From NCBI GenBank assembly GCA_964187785.1, contig OZ076421.1, positions 37,262,001-37,326,000 of the forward strand: a stretch of DNA of 64,000 nt. Direction: 5' to 3'. The notes beneath the pieces are model-generated. The model did no database searches. It had not been told where the DNA came from and saw only the letters and a list, made by a program, of their open reading frames with translations. Source of the stretch: Amphiscolops sp. MND2022. Lineage: Eukaryota. Below, piece by piece: positions 34,008 through 46,898 of this stretch. Position numbers and translations under genes: made by a program. Every line of letters starts with the position of its first letter. Positions within the stretch are counted from its first letter, which is position 1.

Positions 34008-34786
34008 TTTAACAACCGTGACTAGATGTTAAATCTATGACTAGAGTTCCTTTTTGTTTCCTATTTCAATCGGATGCGAGGACGGTTGTTTTAAATAGTT
34101 TTAAGCTAGCTTGCGTTTCTGTTGTCGTTCTAGGATTGCTCAAGTTAAAACTTTCTTTTGCTTTTTAGGAAAGAATTTAAATTTAAGTTTAATACGTACA
34201 AGTTAACAACTTACATTATTTTATCAATCTGCACAACTGGAGTTGAAGATAGCTGGTGGGGTTTAGAAGCAAGGTTGGAGTTGGGGTGATGAAGTTGAGA
34301 CAAAAGTCAGAACTGCTTTCTTCTTCGGAGTTAATTTATTGAATGATCAAGATTAAATTTTTGTGTTTTTCGAAAGGTTCGAACAAGTTTTTTTCCTGAA
34401 TTTTATCAAGGGGTAACTAATTGAGCACAGTAATTAAGATTAAATCCAAGCATGCAAGTTGACAAGTTGATACGAAGAATACGAAGAATAATTACGAGCA
34501 AGATTTAACAGTGGTTGAGTATTCAATACGTTTTAACAACATCAGTATTTAGAGGGTACAGGTTATAACAAAGTAAATGTGAGTTATGGTTTTAATTCTT
34601 GTTGAGAGTACAAGTTATAACAATGCGAAGTTAAGTTATGAAGCAACAAGTTTTAACAAATGATTGTTCAAGAGGGGCTCTTTGCAAAGCGAGTTTTAAA
34701 TTCTTGTCTGTTTTGTTTGTTTAATAAGGTACTTGAGTTTTCTTGTTGCTGTTTTGTTTTATCTTGTTCTGTCGAGGCTCGTTATA
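34008..34786 (-). repeat. 5' LTR of element 1
   Basis: Near-identical to 22099-22877 and adjacent to the PBS. Confidence 0.95.
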
Positions 34787-35159
34787 TTAACGAAGAAATA
34801 TAGTACAAATGCAAGAAACTTAATTCATATTGAACGAAAATTTCTGATAACTATTTGTCTCGTTCAAATGACGTTTCTACATGTTTTTGTAGTTTGGTAG
34901 GTACACAAACCTGTACAGAAGATGAACAAGACGGAGCGTCTAAAATCGACGCTATAGCTAAGGCTCAAAACGCGCAGTTTTCAAAATATGCGTTGGACGT
35001 TTTCAAGAAAAACTCCTGTTTTCGAACCTCCGCCTCCTCCTTACTAAAACGCAATATAGTTCGGATATAACATCAAACGTTCGGATATAGCGCTTTACTC
35101 CGGATATTACCCGGAGGGATTTCCATTAATCGTACGGTTGACCATTTCGATACAAAAAC

Positions 35160-35425
35160 AAATTATGAAAAAGTCTCTCAGTGTCAACAGAAACTGATAG
35201 GACCCTTCAGGCTCGTCCGGTTTTGTATGTTACGTTTAAGAAATCAAAAATGAAAGGGGGTCCTTTGCAATAACTTAAATGCGTTTCCGAGGTAATCGTT
35301 CAGTTGAACAAATTGAACAGAAATTTCGTCGTATTCGAGACTGTCTCAAAGAAAAACAAATAAAAGAAAACCTACGAGTGACTGTAAGAGACGGGCTCTT
35401 TTACTATATAAAAGCGCGGACTAAA
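35160..35425 (-). mobile_element. HINE-like family A, partial copy
   Basis: GGGACCCTTCAGGCTCGTCCGG...TGAAAGGGGGTCC... and an AAAGCGCGGACTAAA end like other family A copies. Confidence 0.5.
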
Positions 35426-35623
35426 GAAATGTGAACACTCCAAAGCCCATGAAAAACAGGTCTTCAGCAGCAAAAAGCAAAAAGATGAAGAATTTGATTC
35501 CGAATATCAGTAAAAATCATTGTAATATGCCAGTCTCGTAATGTGTAGTATAACTCAAATACCGGTGTGGAATACAAAGGTCCTCCTACCAGACCAAACC
35601 AAAGAATCATAGACAGAGAGTTG

Positions 35624-36230
35624 TTATTTTCCGCCCCCACAATTTATTGTGTGGGGGGAGGAAAATCATGATCTGTATTGTGTTTTTTTACCAATTCTGC
35701 TAAATCTCCATTTTATACTTGATTCACTCACTCAGCCTCATTACTCAGACTTCTTAGTAGTTACTTACTCAGATGCATGTAGTTACTTACTCACATGTAG
35801 TTATTTACTCCCAATTATCCCAGCACTCTCTATGCAAACTTTTGATGTTATATCCGAAGTAAATTGCAATTTACTAAGGAGTAAGCGGAGGTTCGAAGTT
35901 ATTGGGCTATATCCGAATTTTTGACGTTGTATCCGAACTATGTTGAGTTTCACTAAGGAGGAGGCGGAAGTTCGAAAAAGTGCGCTCCCTTTTGTCCCAG
36001 CACGCTATATCCGAACTTTTGACGTTATACACGAAGTAAAATGTGTTTTACTAAAGAGGTGTTTTACTACTACTTACGCGAAGCTTAAAAGTTATTGCGC
36101 TATATCCGAATTTTGACGTTATATCCGAAGTAACTGCGTTTTGCCAAAAAGGAGGTAAAGGTTTGATTAAGCGTCTATAGTTAGCCAATTGAAAGCGGAA
36201 AATATTCCGGTGCATAGCGGGCGTCTTGTT
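35624..36230 (+). mobile_element. HINE-like family B copy with TATATCCGAA and AGTTACTTACTC internal repeats
   Basis: 5' TTATTTTCCGCCCCCAC...GTGGGGGGAGGAAAA stem-loop; 3' GCGGAAAATATTCCGGTGCATAGCGGGCGTCTTGTT. Confidence 0.75.
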
Positions 36231-37016
36231 TACCAACAAACTCTAGTTACCTAGACTGTCAATTCATGTTAGATATATCATTGTTCCGTATTGTTTTTTC
36301 CAGCAATAGAATTGAGTTGAAGATACTGAAGCTTACATCTCGTTTTAACCTAGAATTACAGATGTCAACAACGCGATCTTCAAATTCAATTTTATTCAAA
36401 ACTTCGAAATAGTTTGAATTGTTCAACACCAATGATTGGTTCACACAATTTATACCAATGTGCACAAACAGTATGCTTTCATGAATCAACCATTTGCATG
36501 GCTATGATATTTTCCTCATAAGACCGCATCGTCCTTATTCTGATTTTTATAAACTCAAAAAAAGTTGAATTTCAGAAGAAAGAAAAACCCCAGGCCCCTA
36601 CAACATCAAACCAATTTTTTCCCACTGCTTTAATCTAGGTAGTTGATCAGGCCAACTTTTGCGAGGTCGAACTGTACTTCAAAAAACTTGGAAGTAAAAG
36701 TCAATAAAAATGGAAAAATCTAAAACTACTGGAATTTGATCTGAACCCAACATATTGAAACTGCTGCAATGTTCCGCATGCTACAGGCTGAAACAGTAAG
36801 ATTCAGTGATTCTAGTCGAAAATCTCGCAGGGTACACTGCAATTTTCATGTTGCATTGATGCTGAAAAAATCCTGCTGCATTACAGACACGGTCACGTTG
36901 TTCTAACACTTTGATGTCTCAACTACTCGTCTGATGTAATCACTGATTTTTGATTAGCACGCTGAAGAGGACGCTAGTTTGCACTTCATCGTGCAACCGA
37001 AATTGATCCCGCAATT

Positions 37017-37060
37017 AACAAGCCGGGAACGACCCGATTCGGCGCTATATCTAAGGCTCA
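37017..37060 (-). mobile_element. HINE-like family A terminal stub
   Basis: AACAAGCCGGGAACGACCCGATTCGGCGCTATATCTAAGGCTCA. Confidence 0.55.
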
Positions 37061-38369
37061 CCCACTTGTAAAGATTGAAGAAAAAATCGATAATGCTATA
37101 CGAAAAATGAAATCATTACATTTGAACGTTGAAAACGTTACAAAAAGGAAAGGTACTTCGGCTCTTCGAAATTTTTTCATCATGCCCCACAACGCGCATA
37201 ATATATTTTTAAAAATGTCAAAATTAGCAAGAATTAGTAGCTCATTATGTTCAATTATATGTAGTCAATAAAAAGGATATATTTAAAAAAGTTTTGGGAA
37301 ATTTAAAGTGAATTTCATTCAAACGCATCAGGGAAAAATTTAGTTTTTTAAATGTGTGGAGAAAAATAAAAAAGAACCAAAGTTTATCAACTGTCGCCCA
37401 AGTTTGACAGACTTTCTACTCAAAATGAATGGCTTCATGATGAGAATTAGCGCGAACGAAAACTACATCTTGACCCTAAATTGTCGCATTACAGCAAAAG
37501 ACTTGGTTCAAATTTAGGTTTTTTGTATGTTAATTCGATATTTTCATAAAATTTTGGTAATGGGAAAACTACAGAGGCCATTGTGTCCTCAATTTCTGAA
37601 TTCAATTGCTGAAAACATTTTCATGTTTATCTGTCATTTATTGTGATAAAAGACTTTTCTGGTTTCCCCACCACTTGAAACTTCCTCGAAAACTTTATAC
37701 TTGCCTAATTAAAAGAAAAACGTTCTTTCATAACGGGAAGTTACCGTCTATTAGAAGTTTTTTGCGTCGATGCTAATACGTTAGAAACGCTGCACTGTAG
37801 TTTAGTACCCAAAATCTCATGAAATACTTGTTTGATGTTTGTTTGACGTTGCCTAACTGGGAAAGGTGATACTTATTTAGTTTTCGTAAATCATTTGGAG
37901 CCCTTAAATTAATTGACGCTGTCATCTCGACAAGTAAGATGATGATGATACGAATAATCGTTTGAGCACTTCTTAACTGTACAGGTGCTAATCTGAGCAT
38001 TTAACTAAACACCTGTTAATGTGAACTTGATATATTCTCTCTTAGCATCGATTAGTCCATTTTGGGGAAACATTCATAAGTTCTTCAAGTTGAAATTCAA
38101 AATCAGGCATTAGTTGTTCACGTCAGCGTTAGCTCCGTGTCAATTTTCCCGCGAACAAAAGCAGCAAACGGGGAAGTATTTCCGGTTTGAAAGACTGGAG
38201 TAAAAATCTACTTCCTGCTTGAAAGGAAATAAAAGGACGCCGGAGTGAAAAGATGTGATCATGTTTGATGACTAAAACTAGATTAAGATTTGCTTGAAAA
38301 TCGACAAAATGTCGACGCAAACTTGGGATCAGGATGAAGTTTTCTTCCAAAATACCGGAAATGACTATA

Positions 38370-39070
38370 TGTTCAATGAAAAATTAGGAAGATACTCGTG
38401 ATAAAATGATGCTAGGAGGGTATAAATACTTAGAAGTTTGTATACTAAGGGACTCAGTCTTTCTGCTTCTGAATACAAAAGTTGATTCGTAAACTTGCTA
38501 ACTAGCTTCCGCGTTGCCTTTAATACAAAACTTTGTAATCCGAAATATCAATTGAAAATCCCAAATCACGAATTTCTTCATCAAGGTGTCAATCAGGAGC
38601 CAAAAGAGAAGAAATATTCAACAGAAGAACACCGAAAATAGTGAAACAATAATTTCTCCAGTTTTGGTAGAAAACGTAGATTCGGATGATCAAGACGTTG
38701 TAATTGCGGGACCTTCCTCTGCCAAGTCCCCTACGATTGAAATTAACGTTCTAGAAGGGCTGCGCTTCACTGAAGGAAGAAAAACTACTGATATCAGAGG
38801 TCTCCTTGTTGAATCCCAAAGGATATGATTTGAAGTTTTTGACAGTTGAAACTGCTTAGAGAAACATGTTGTTAGGTTTATTACATTTCAAATGCACATA
38901 AACTAGTCACGTTATCGAGTGTATTGAAACTGTTGAAACCTAAAACAATTGAAAATGTTAGAGATCAGGATGAGCACACCATAGAAGGTGAGCCTAGAGA
39001 ATTTTATAAACCGACAAGACTTGTGAGGATTAGTTCTACTCTAAACGACGACAAGAACGCAAGTCGTAAC
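38370..39070 (+). mobile_element. Possible solo LTR-like unit containing a decayed ORF
   Basis: TGTT...TAACA ends, TATAAAT near 38422, and a frameshifted hydrophilic ORF MSIRSQKRRNIQQ...KLLKPKT...RISST...SRN. No target duplication found. Confidence 0.25.
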
Positions 39071-42000
39071 AGCAAGTCTTTTTGTTACAAGTTTTTCACT
39101 AATTTTCCAAAATCATTTTTGTGGTGGGTGGAGAACAGAAAAGAGCCTGATAAGTTTTTCATTATATTACATGTACTTCTGTACAGTGGTGTCGCAAATC
39201 CTCAAATTCTACAATACCAACTTCAAATCTTAGTCATCATTTCGTCATTTTTCTTTAAAACTACCATCATGCTAAATTTCCTGACCAAGTTGCCATCTGT
39301 TTTGTTGAATCAAGATGACATAGAAAGTCGCATTACTTGCATTCGTACTACTTCTGGTGCAACAGGGATGTCATTTTCATTCTCTAGGGGTTTTTTTTCC
39401 ACTGGACGATCCCTTTTGAATTTTCATATTTTTCTGGAAGACGGCGTTTCCCTGATTATTTCAAAAACAATTTTTTTTGATCCTTGACAGGGGAGTCAAC
39501 TTGAGTCCTTCACGGCTTGTTGCCTTAAGTATCCCGAGGTGGCACACCAGAGATTTCTTAGTCTGGGGCCACAGCTGTCCCCAGGTCTGACAGGGGAAAC
39601 CCATGAAAACATTTTGGTGCAAAATCGCTGGACCAGACCTGGACCCAAACTTCTAGTAACGTCTAGTAACTAGGTTTTTCAGAGATCACTTGAAATTCTC
39701 GGCTCTTTTATGTTCCCCCCACCGCCAATTTTTTTTGAAAAATTAGTGAAATTCTCATAACAAATGTTTCGAATACAAACCAGAAAGCTTCAATTTAACA
39801 TTTATTCTCAGTGTGACAATTTAGAATTCAGAAACAAACTTTGTTCACACTTTTTCAATATGTAGTCACGCATTTTGGATGAAGAAATCAACAGCTTCTT
39901 GTTTTGAGTCATCGAAAAACACTTAATACGAGCATAAATATAGTCAAAATGCGTGAACAATGTTTTGTTCAAGCAAAAAATGTCTAATAGACGTTAACTT
40001 CCCGTTATGAAAGAAGGTTTTATACTTTCAATTAGGCTAGTATAAAGTTTTTAAGGAAATTTACTTTTAAAAATTTTGGTAGTGGGGGAAAACAGAAAAG
40101 AGCCAAATTCTCCTTCGCTTACAAATCTAACAGCTGTAAAACCAATTAAAATCCGAGATAGAATCAATCAACTCCAAGGTTCCGCAGCTCAAACAGAAAA
40201 GTCCAAATCACCGGAGAATTTTTCATCACTGTAGAATGGTCTACACGAGACTTTATCAATTTCGTTATCCATTCCACTGGAAATTATCACAGGTTTATTT
40301 CAGTGATAGATGAACTTTGGGAGGCTCGTTTGCCACATGGACTTCATTTTGGCAGATGAATGTAGGCATGTGGTGACATTCTGTGAATGTAAAGAGAGAT
40401 GTTTTTGTAGTGTTTCGGATCATGGATTAATGGAGCAGTTTTCGTAATTGGCTGCCCAGGACATTTTACGACACTCTTCTTGTCGTTTCGTGACAACCAC
40501 GGCACCTCAAAAATTGGAGCTTCTTGGAAGAATAGGAAAACCGATTGTTTTAGCAGTGCTAATTTAATCCACTGTTGACTTTCTAATTTTAATCTATGAT
40601 GACAAAAGAAGAGAAGCATTTTTTGACAGCAAACCTTGAGGCGATAGATTTCAACGAACCTTTTTCCAATTCACCACACGCAAAGCAAAACGTGAAAAAA
40701 CGGCAAAAATAACAACATAAAATTAGAGTGAAGTAAATTGTGTAGGATTTTTCTGTAATTGTTAAAATGGATTGAAAATTGGATCAGGTAAAAAATGGAT
40801 GAAAGTGAACCAGAGACACTTTAACTTTGCAAACCATTATCACTTACACATACTTTTCATCGCTTTACCACTGAAAACTACGTAGCCAAAATGATCTGAA
40901 AATGTTAATACTTGTTTTACCAAGATCACTAATTTTGGTGAACAATACGCGAATCGTGTCCATTTTGGTGCCCCAGAAAACTTCGCGCCCTCCAAAAAAC
41001 TATCCGAGTTTTTGACAAGTCCTGGGAGCACCGTTCGTGAAGCATCCTGGTCCGCCAAGTGATTACCTGTTGGTGAACTGTAGGTATATCTATGCAAAGA
41101 TCTTGTAACAGAAACAAAAGGGACACAAATGGCCTTTATCAAGAGGGTGGCATTATACCGATGGCGTACGTCTCCAGGGGTCAACAACCGAGATTGAGAA
41201 GAATACTGTTATTCATTTACAGTAGTGTGCGCAGTGTGCACAGAAATAAGACATACAAAATATTACTAAAGTTGTTCAATTATCTAAAACGGTAATCCTT
41301 CCAATATTCTTGACCAAATTGGGGATTTTCAAATTCATTCACAACAAACTTTTCAGTAAAGAAACGTTTGGTTTTTTCTTTCATATAATCAATTGATTGT
41401 TTTTATTTTGTAGTGTTTGTGGTTGGGTGTTCCATAAAAGACTTGCTTTCTTGAAGAAACTTTTGCGGATAAAGTCACTCCGAAAATAAGAGTTATAGAC
41501 CAACTTATCTGTTCGCACTTGATGGTTAAAGTTTGCTGTGGTGATTTCATTATGTCGAAACGCAGGTAAAAGATTAGATTTCTTTTTTCAAAATAGTAAA
41601 TAGTTTTGTAATCCGGAAAAAGCCTGATAGACAAAAATTTGTGTCTGATTCTAAGATCGTGTGCTGATTCTAGTTTGTTTCGATGTACGCAAGCTTTTAA
41701 TGCCCAATTTATTTGTTTTTCCAATGTTGTCAAGAGATTCTGCGAGATACAAGTAAGAGGAACAGAAGACTATTGTAAATGGATAATTACGACAGAATTT
41801 AAATCCAAGAGTTTTTCGTTTCGATGCAGGAAACCTCGTAGGCAATAAACCGTTTTGATTCCACAGGCCATTTTTTGTTACATATTTTCCACATCTTGTT
41901 GATATGTCAGGTTTCGATCTATATGTATACCCAAGTATTTTACATATTCTTTTGGTTTTATCAAATGATTTCTTATTTTCAACCTGAGCTCTTCCAGTTC

Positions 42001-42921
42001 TTTCTTTTTTGATGGTTTAGAGAAAAGAACAAATTCTGTTTTGCTTATATTGATATTCGATGGATGTGCCTAGGAAAATCAACAAACTGTCAACATTTTC
42101 CTCTAATTACTTATTACATGTTTCAGCCTTACTGCATACTGTGTTAAATGAGTTGGTCGTTTGATCTCATGCTGTATGCTCTTCACATCAATATTGAACA
42201 ACAAAGGACCTAACACTGTTCTTTGTGGAACACCCTGATAAAACTCTATCCAATTTGACTGAGTTTTAGGTAATGTTACTCGTAGGGTCCGTCCAGTTTA
42301 AAAAATTTTTTATCATTGATACAGCTGTCGTATCAAAATTTAATGACTTGAGCTTCCCATTCAAGATCTCATGAGAAATGGAACCGAAAGCTTTTGAGAG
42401 GTCGAAAAATGCAGCCGTTACAACATTGCTATCGCCTTGTTAGTTCCTGATATTTTCAGTGGCATATATCAGTGCATCTGGTGTCGAGACATTTTTCCGG
42501 AATCAAACTTGCTTTGAACTGAAGACAGTGTTTTTCTATAGAGATTGTGTTATTTGACCTCTAATGGCCTTTTAGAAAATCATAGAAGGCGCTGCTGTAA
42601 TCGAAATTGGTATATAGTTATCTGGTTCATCCATGTCTCCTTTTTTGTAGATTGGGGTGATGAACGCTTGTTTCAGGTGATTGTAAAACCTTCCTCCCCG
42701 CAGAAAGGCTTTGATTAAAAAACAGAGAGGTTCAACTATATCATTTGCACAATCTTAAAAAGCCCAGGCCGGCAAGTTAGACGGACCCAAAAGTTTGTTG
42801 ATGTTAACTTCTTTCAAATTTTTTCTTCAAGTATACAAGCTAACAGGTTGATATTGGAATTGTCTTTTTCTTTTGTTTTTTTGTTTTGATGAAAGATTAA
42901 AGTTGGCTGGTTCCCTTCTAA

Positions 42922-43404
42922 TTTTTAGTCGGCGCTTTATCCTTTTAAGGAAAAATGCCCGACTATAGCAGTGACCTTTTTTTTCTTCAGCCTCACACTG
43001 ATCGGTCCAATTTTTAGAAACACTCTTGAAACCCAAGACGCCCAAGGCGCCCAGTCCGGCAAATAAGGCCAAGGCAAATTCAGTGCAAACCTCTTTCAAG
43101 GTAACCTACAAAATCGGACGGGACTGCAGTGTCCCCCCTTTCGATTTTTTCGATTTTTTTTTCGGCACTGTGCAACTTTTTTTCGAAAATTTTTTTGTCT
43201 CCAAAGGGTCCCCCCTTTCGTTTTGTACTTTTTTAACGTAATCTACAAAACCGTCCGAGGTCCCCCCTTTTGATTTTTTTCTGCACTGTGCGACATTTTC
43301 CTTAAAATTTTTTTTTCGAAAATTTCAAAATTTTTTCGAAAAAAAAGGTTTTGCGCTTTTTGAGCCTTAGATATAGCGCCGACTTTAGACGTTCTCGTCT
43401 TGTT
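42922..43404 (+). mobile_element. HINE-like family A copy inserted in the LINE
   Basis: 5' TTTTTAGTCGGCGCTTT...GCCCGACTATAG stem-loop; 3' GCGCCGACTTT, then the AGACG-TTCT-CGTCT hairpin and TGTT. Confidence 0.8.
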
Positions 43405-43524
43405 TGCCTAAACAATTACCAAGTTTCGAAAATCTGTAATTCAAAAGGTTTGCGATGCCTTTCTGGTCTGTTATGGAATCACCGAACAAATATCTCAATG
43501 ACGTGATTTCTGTTTTAGTGGCGC

Positions 43525-43710
43525 TCATAGAAGGCGCTGCTGTAATCGAAATTGGTATATAGTTATCTGGTTCATCCATGTCTCCTTTTTTGTAGATTGG
43601 GGTGATGAACGCTTGTTTCAGGTGATTGTAAAACCTTCCTCCCCGCAGAAAGGCTTTGATTAAAAAACAGAGAGGTTCAACTATATCATTTGCACAATCT
43701 TAAAAAGCCC
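43525..43710. repeat. 186-bp duplicate of 42580-42765 (LINE RT segment)
   Basis: The two segments read identically, from TCATAGAAGGCGCTG to TTAAAAAGCCC. Confidence 0.9.
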
Positions 43711-44217
43711 GTGATTGTGCAAATTGTGCAAAGGTGATTAGGCGTCTATAGTTAGCTAATTGAAGGTGGAAAATTTTACTGTTCCTTGCTTCGTTAATGA
43801 AGTTCCATTTGCCTCGACTCGTTTCAAGCTGTTGATATACTCACTTCGATACTCACTTTTTTGATAGTCACTTCGGTCTTTGTTTATATTGTGAGGTTCC
43901 ATTGCATCATCTGGTATCAAACACCATCATGTTTCCTCTTTTGGTTCATTATAGCGAACAGTCTGTTTGATTCTTTTTCAAGCCATGTTGTTGTATCGTC
44001 AGGCTGTTTTTATCATTTCGGATAAAAATTGGCTTGATCTTAACACATCTACGCAAAGCATTTTCAATTATGCTTGTGAATTCGGTAAACATTCTTTCAG
44101 CTCATTTTTGATTGTAAAATTTGAACCAATCGCTGTGTTGGACAATTTTAGAAAAAACTTAAAAACTGTAATTCTTTTTGTCAAACTATTTTCAATGAAG
44201 ATTCGCGCATAAGATTT

Positions 44218-44587
44218 TTATTTTCCGCCCACATAAATGGGGAGGAAATTTATGACCTGTGTTGCGTTTTTTTCCAAATTCTGCCAAATCTCCATTTTAT
44301 ACTTGCTCCATTTACTTACTCACATGTACTAACTCACATGTACTTACTCACATATTACTTTCTCACTTGTAGTTACTTACTCCCGTTTCTACCAGCACGC
44401 TATATGAGAAGTAAGTTGCGTTTTACCAGGGAGTAGGCAGAAGTTCGAAAATATTGCACAATGTCCGAATTTTGACCTTATATCCGAAGTAAACGCACTT
44501 TACCAAGGAGGAGTAATTTTTTGATTAGGCGTCTATAGTTAGCTAATTGAAGGTGGAAAATATCCCGGTGCATAGCGTGCGTCTTGT
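44218..44587 (+). mobile_element. HINE-like family B copy inserted in the LINE
   Basis: TTATTTTCCGCCCACATAAATGGGGAGGAAA...GGTGGAAAATATCCCGGTGCATAGCGTGCGTCTTGT. Confidence 0.75.
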
Positions 44588-46689
44588 ATCTCATAATTTG
44601 ATACTGCTGATGTTGCTTTGTGATCAAGGTCTTTGTTTTGATAGTTCGGAATGGGCTGTCGGAAATGCGTTTGTAAACACATACGTTTTGAATGTGTTTG
44701 CTTGAAGATGATTGCTAATGATGTAATGAATCTATTTTTTTGAGGTACCTTGTACTTTGGTGGGTTGTTTGGTGTTCAGTACCTGTAGACCGTATGGTAC
44801 CAATATTGATTCAAGGCAGTCTCTCTCATTTTTATTGAACTAGTTCAGATTGTAGTCGCCTCTGAACTTTAATGGTTTGATTTCAGGGAACCGCAAGGTC
44901 AATGCCCCTAGAGAGTTCTTCCAAAAACTGATTTTTCTGTTGTTTGAGTGGGTTATAGCTGATATTGATAAGTTGTTTTTTCTTCTCAAACGTTGAGTTA
45001 GGCAAACCGCATTCAAACCAGAGTCTCTCAAACATCTCACTAGGCATACAATTTAGATTGGGTCCAAATTTAGAATTTAAAGAAATTGTTAGGATTAACA
45101 TTACGCCGCCACTGCAATGTTTCTGGTTTTGTCGATCGCAACAGAAACACTAAGAATTTTCAATAAGTTCTCACATCTTCGTTCTACCTCTTTCGCTCAG
45201 CAGGTTTCTGTGATGCTATATATTGAAATATCTCCTAAATCGACGAAAACGTCTTTAATAGTGTTTTGTTTTTTCACAAGACTTTGACAGTTAATTTTGA
45301 AATGTTTCAATATCTGTTTTTCACGGTTGAATAAATGCGCAGGAGTTTATAAACCGTCTGCGGTTCTGGATTTAGCCATCACCAGCATGAAAACGTTTTT
45401 TGAAGACATAATGGTCCACTCGTCTCAAGAAAAGTATTTTCATCATGGAAAAAGTTTCAAACCTTTAGCGGCTTTGTTTTTGTAAAAGTTGGAAGGATTC
45501 GGAAGGTATGTAAAAGACGAAGGACAATTAATTTAAAGACAAGGAGCATTGTTAGTTTTGGGGGAGGACTTTAGACTTGGAATTTACTTGGAGCATCAAT
45601 ATCCATGTAAGTAGTTGTAGCATTTGCAGTTCTCATTGGGTTGTTCTCGGTGCCCTTGTTCGAAAAAATTGTGGTTTTGTTTGAACCATCCCGTTTGAAG
45701 TTTGAAGTATGTACATTAGTCGACAGTTTTTAAGGAAAGGCGACCATTGTTCGTAGTTGAAATGTAGTCATCGTAAAACAAGCTGTTGAATTTTCCCATA
45801 TTTTTCAAAATTTCATTAAGGCCAATACTTTAAAGGATTTTCCTTCAGAATTCAGGCGGAGCATTTGATTGAATTGATCAATTCTTTCGTTCCATCTTGG
45901 ATAACGCATGATTTCAATGTGACTGCTTGGTACTTAGATAATACTTCAATTTCTTCCAACGTTGTCGACCCTGAATATCCATGAACCTCGGTGTCTTTTG
46001 GAAGGGTTTTGTCAAAAGCCAGTTTTTTGACGACAGCGCTGCCCAGAATTAAATTGCAGGTACCTTCCCTGACCGGAAAAATTTGGAAAGATCTAACCTT
46101 CTGGTTGGGTACTTTTACCGTTCAATTTTCTTGAAGTTCCTTTGGAGCCATTGCTGTAGATAATTTCTGTAAATCCTCTGCCGCAATTGTTTTGAATTTG
46201 GTATTGATGCTGTCCTTTTCGTCAACTTCTGATAGAGATCTGCAGACAATTTGTAACTTCTGGTTTGGCAAGGCCCATGAAAGCAGTTTGTGATAACATT
46301 TTTCAATTTGGTTGTGTAGAGATTGATGCAGTAAAATTGATGCTAAAAGTTGTGCGAAACGTCCTTGATATTCTAGCTATGCAAAAAAAGTTCAGCAAAA
46401 GATGCCACTGTCTACCACCAATATCTCCAACATTTAGATTTGAGTTTCATGTTTCATTTTGCTTATACCTTGTAGTGAAGTTACATAATCATTGCCTCAT
46501 CGTTTCCAAGACGGCGAAACAATTTTTAGTCGGCACTTTTCGTAGAAAAACGCAGACCATAGTAGTGATTTTTTTTCTTTTTTTAAGACCAACGAAGTGA
46601 CAGATTTGATAAGTTTTATAAGCTGACTTGCATTAACACTAACTGCCACACTAGTTCTACTGGCACTTGAGATAGAGGTTAATTGACTT

Positions 46690-46898
46690 TTTTGAGGTCC
46701 TTTTTTTACATTTTTCGGCACTATGCGACTTACCGGAGACCAAAAAAATTGAAAAAAAATTTCGAAAAAAAATTTCGGATTTTTTAATCAATTTTTTCCT
46801 CATGCGGGTACTGTAGAAGAAAATACTTGACACTTTGAATGCTTTTGTCTTTTTTGAGCTTTAGATATGGCGCCGACTTGGGCAGTTCCCGGCTTGTT
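46690..46898 (+). mobile_element. HINE-like family A, short copy
   Basis: Ends GAGCTTTAGATATGGCGCCGACTTGGGCAGTTCCCGGCTTGTT. Confidence 0.7.

Larger units (their letters stand above)
22099..34786 (-). mobile_element. Full-length env-bearing Ty3/gypsy LTR retroelement (endogenous retrovirus-like) with accessory ORFs
   Basis: 779-bp direct repeats at 22099-22877 and 34008-34786, TTAA flanking both ends (22095-22098 and 34787-34790), PBS, PPT, and gag/PR/RT/RH/IN in gypsy order, followed by env and an extra ORF. Confidence 0.97.
41380..46520 (-). mobile_element. Decayed CR1/L2-group LINE (ORF1 with esterase-like domain, APE endonuclease, RT) interrupted by HINEs
   Basis: ORF1 CNLILGSAVVKKL...EVHGYSGSTT...VIQDGT (about 45900-46070). 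APE HFKINCQSL...ITET...GGVML...SYNP...GDYN (about 44600-45300). RT ITPIYKKGD...PISIT...FDLSKAFGSISHEIL...GVPQRTVLGPLLFNI (about 42150-42770). Confidence 0.85.

Noticed and set aside
40344-41187. Host gene exons in ORFs 40344-40619 and 40840-41187
   Set aside because: No recognisable domain and no consistent splice phases found.
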